Positions 60,707 to 64,000 of a DNA stretch of 64,000 bases are shown one piece after another. The position numbers and the translations under genes were made by a program. Numbering within the stretch: position 1 is the stretch's first letter; each line of letters starts with the position of its first letter. Source of the stretch: Psammoneis japonica (lineage: Eukaryota); contig QPGO01000014.1 in the NCBI GenBank assembly GCA_008632985.1, positions 310,001 to 374,000 of the forward strand, given 5' to 3'. The notes below the pieces were generated by a model. It did no database searches and was not told the origin of the DNA. It saw nothing but the letters and a program-made list of their open reading frames with translations.

Positions 60707-61905
60707 ATGGGTTCAATTTTTCATCCACGGAACACAATGGTCATTCTTTCGGCAGTGGCCTTGTTCTCCCTTTCGATTTCACATTATGTCTGGCTATCAC
60801 CATGCTTGAATACCGCCGACTTTGAGCTGACTCACTTGGACATGTCGGAGAGCCGAGAAACAATAGATCAAGTCGGCCCAATAAATTACACCTTGCAATA
60901 CAAAGGCCCAAAACGCATTTTTCCAATGTGGGATTACAACAAGTACCCTTTTCCTTGTCTACCGGGAGAAAAGAATTGGTGGATGCCGCAAGTGGTACGA
61001 AGTCCAACCACCACAGGAATCTTGTTTGTCCGTAACATGAAAACAGCATCCTCCACAGTGGCTGGAATTGCTCTCCGAATAGCAAGAAACCTGTCCAACA
61101 ATACAACAATGTGCAAGGTTCGGTTTGATCACACGCCGGCTGCCAAACTAAACTATGGACAACGTGACAAGACCAAGAGCTTTTTATTTTCTTTGTACGA
61201 GATCCTACGAAGCGAGCCTTGAGCCAGTTCTTTCATTTTGAAGTGTCTCGCAATAAAGCAGAGCCTACCCTTGCAAATTTCAAACAATGGTTCAAGGCCC
61301 AGCCTTGGTTGTCAAGCTATATGATGCGTGACATGGCGCTCGCGCCGCCACCGCGACTGCCATCCAACTCAACCATTGATAGCAAAGCGTTTGTTGAACA
61401 AGTTTTGAACGACTATGATTTTATTGGTGTCACGGAACGAATTCATGAATCACTTGTTGTGCTCAAGATTGTTTGAATTTGGATTTCAATGATATTTTGT
61501 ATTTGTCGGCCGCCAAGGGTCAAGGCGGTTTCGACGATGGGGCTTTCCGGGACAAATGCTATTACATCGTCCCCACATTTCTCTCACCAGGCATGAAGGA
61601 ATACTTTGAGAGTAAGGAATGGAAGAAAAAGAATAAACTCGACCTGCTCTTACACAGAGCTGCGAATCACAGCCTGATTAACAATTGATTCAATAGGGCG
61701 ATCCAGAGTAGAGCGAGAGGTGCTTGAATTTCGCGTTCTCTTGAACAGTGCTGAAGAACAGTGTGTACGCGAGGTTATTCCTCCCTGTTCTCCAGAGGGC
61801 GTTGGACCCCGACGAAACAACACCTGCTTGTTTTGGGACTCAGGATGCGGCTTCGAATGCCTGGATAGACTGAAGGCCCAGCTAGGTAGAGGCACATTAA
61901 GATGA
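60707..61905 (+). CDS. Type II membrane sulfotransferase-family protein; apparent frameshifts near 61195, 61472, 61682
   Basis: N-terminal TM, MKTASST, RDP..R..SQFF, YDFIGVTER, CLFWDSGCG across successive frames. Confidence 0.75.
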
Positions 61906-62570
61906 GAATGGAGCAGCAGTGGTAACACAACAGATGTCCCTCTGATTATTGTCAGGATGAAGTCTGTTGCGATAAGGGAGCGTCTTTACCGGTATCGTGA
62001 ATCATGAGCTGTGATTAGGTCCTGCATTTTTCGAAGCTTCAAGTCTGCAGCTGATCGTCGAGGACGACCAACGACAGGGTCGGATGGCCAATGCACAAAA
62101 AGCCGTAACTGAAATTGCTCACCATGCCTCATCGGTAGCTGTTTTCTTGCCGTGTTTGTTGGTTTCCAGGAATCTCAGCTCTGTGTCTTGGCCAATCGAA
62201 AACCCGTACTGTACACCTCGTCCGTAAGTGTCTCGCACACTCTAGCGCCCCGGCATCTCAAACGCTGTTCGGCTGCCTTAAGGGCGAAAAGTACACAGAA
62301 GATTCCGACTTCTACAGTAACAAACTGAAAGAGTGACGACGTGCACGACGGTTTGCGTTTTGCTCTAGAAGTAGCTTCTGTCGTTTTTTGAATTTTGAAT
62401 TTGCGGAAAACTTAAAATCTTTGTATATAGGTATGATACTCTATTTTGTGTGGCCTCTCATACAAAACCGCCGTAGCTGGCCTTCGTCGTTATTTTGCAC
62501 TTGTCCGCCCAAAATTTGCCCAAACGCACAAGCCACAACAGCTCACCAACGCCATCCACCAACACCCACC

Positions 62571-63614
62571 ATGCCGCCGTACAACAACGACGACGGACCC
62601 GCTGCACTTACTGCTAATCTAAGGGCGCACTTGGCGAGGAGTCGTAAAAAATTCGATGAATACATTGATCGGGAAAAGGCTCGCGTTGACGAGATTGCTC
62701 AAGCACAGGCCAAGCTCGTGACGGACCGTCAAGGCGAAATCAATCGACTCGAGGATACCCTTGCCGCCGTTCAGTTGGAACGGGGTCTTGCTCAGACTCA
62801 CTCGGAAGAAGAGGGTGGAATTGCCAAAGCAAAGATTGAGTTGCTTGAGCAGCAGAAAGTGGCAGATGCGGAAGTTGCGCAACTCCAAGAAGAATTGAAT
62901 GAGAAAGAGACGAATTTTAAAGGTATGTTCTGTGTACGTACTGTACTGCATAACGAAAATCGGGGGCCGTCTTTTGTATCACTTAACCCATATTATTCGT
63001 CATGCAACCACTTGAATTGTATTTTTTTAGAAATCCGCCATGAAGAGGAAAAAGAGCAGGCTCGTGCCGAGAAGGTTCGACGCGACAAAGAGCTTGTTGA
63101 AGAATCCAAGAAAACAACGGTTGATGATTTGACGAACGGTCTCGTGTACTATAAGCAATGCTCAGGTCTTGACTTTGCCCATGGTAAAAACGGTCTCATT
63201 TGGTAAGCTTAAAATCGTTGCTCTAAATACTGTATGTTGTGTCGTGCACGTAAGGACTAACATACTTCTACCTTTTGTCACGGTTTTCTTGTTTGCTCAT
63301 AAAGGGTTTTTACGCAGCTCGACAGGGCTGATCCTGATCGTAAGTTCACCTTTCACCTCAGACTCAACGATCAAGAGAAATACGAAATGGTGAGCTGTAA
63401 GCCTTCTCTCGATGATTCTGTGATTTCGGACTTGTTGGCCGAGCTCAATTTGAGCAACGACATGGACCCATTCACGGCGGAGATGCGTAAGTTTTATGTT
63501 CGAGAGTGCCGCCATGTGTAGAAACGAATTGGGTCTGAAACTTGATGAGTATTGTCGCTTTGTTGTACAGGTAAAGCCTTTCTCGCAACGACTCAGGGGC
63601 CTTGCAAAAATTGA
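62571..63614 (+). CDS. SPC25: Kinetochore protein Spc25-like; introns 62923-63030, 63203-63304, 63487-63570
   Basis: N-terminal coiled coil, then GLDF...VFTQLDRADPDRKFTFHL...YEMVSCKPSL...ELN...MRKAF after splicing. Confidence 0.82.
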
Positions 63615-64000
63615 TTGGAAATGACAACATAGTTATCATGATGCAATTGATGGGATTAGTTTTTACGCTTCAGTGATTGCTGTTTGTATGCTTGTACCGA
63701 TTGAGAGGATTTCATCTACAGCAGCCTTGCAGACGTAAAATTTATGGTAGGCTTATATTTTAGGCCCGATATCTATGCGCATTGGGGGTAGATACAGTCC
63801 GAAAGTTGTGTGATAGCAATTATGATGTTTTGTTTTCTAAGCTACGAATCGCATGCTGGAGATGCTGGCTGACAGCGGTAGCCTAGCCCTCAGGAGCCTT
63901 CGTCGAATCCTAGTGCTGGTATGTATTTTCTAAAACGGGTACGGTATGCCATGTTCCTCAAGGTTAACAGCACATAGTTGCATTTGCCTCGCAATGATAT

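Noticed and set aside
12340..61690. Programmed frameshifting or pseudogenisation in host genes (12350, 22475, 58943, 61195, 61472, 61682) and in the piggyBac ORF
   Set aside because: Mostly single-base shifts at short homopolymers in otherwise intact genes, best explained as long-read consensus errors. Read-level check needed.

Overview
Eukaryotic DNA, most likely a diatom: short GT-AG introns, ASAFAP-type plastid presequences and CoDi-like Copia elements. About 18 ordinary host genes (sulfite oxidase, selenoprotein MsrB with SECIS, biotin ligase, Spc25, LtrA-like, HLIP-like, C2, strictosidine-synthase-like, four sulfotransferase-like genes and others) alternate with transposon blocks. The transposons are two Copia families, a Gypsy element nested in a Copia LTR, a deleted Copia derivative, piggyBac-like elements and a TIR element. 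The dominant signal is a targeted hypermutation that has almost eliminated TpA from repeat domains by TpA->TpG and TpA->CpA transitions on both strands, the reverse direction of fungal RIP, while adjacent genes are normal. Internal controls show it directly. In the Gypsy LTR pair, 13 of 15 TpA are lost in one copy only. The Copia LTR pair and two MsrB paralogues show reciprocal TG/CA outcomes. Transposon proteins have Tyr replaced by Cys or His. It acts on genomic DNA after insertion, depends on position, and is separable from CpG decay. All counts were made by eye, and several host-gene frameshifts look like homopolymer sequencing errors.
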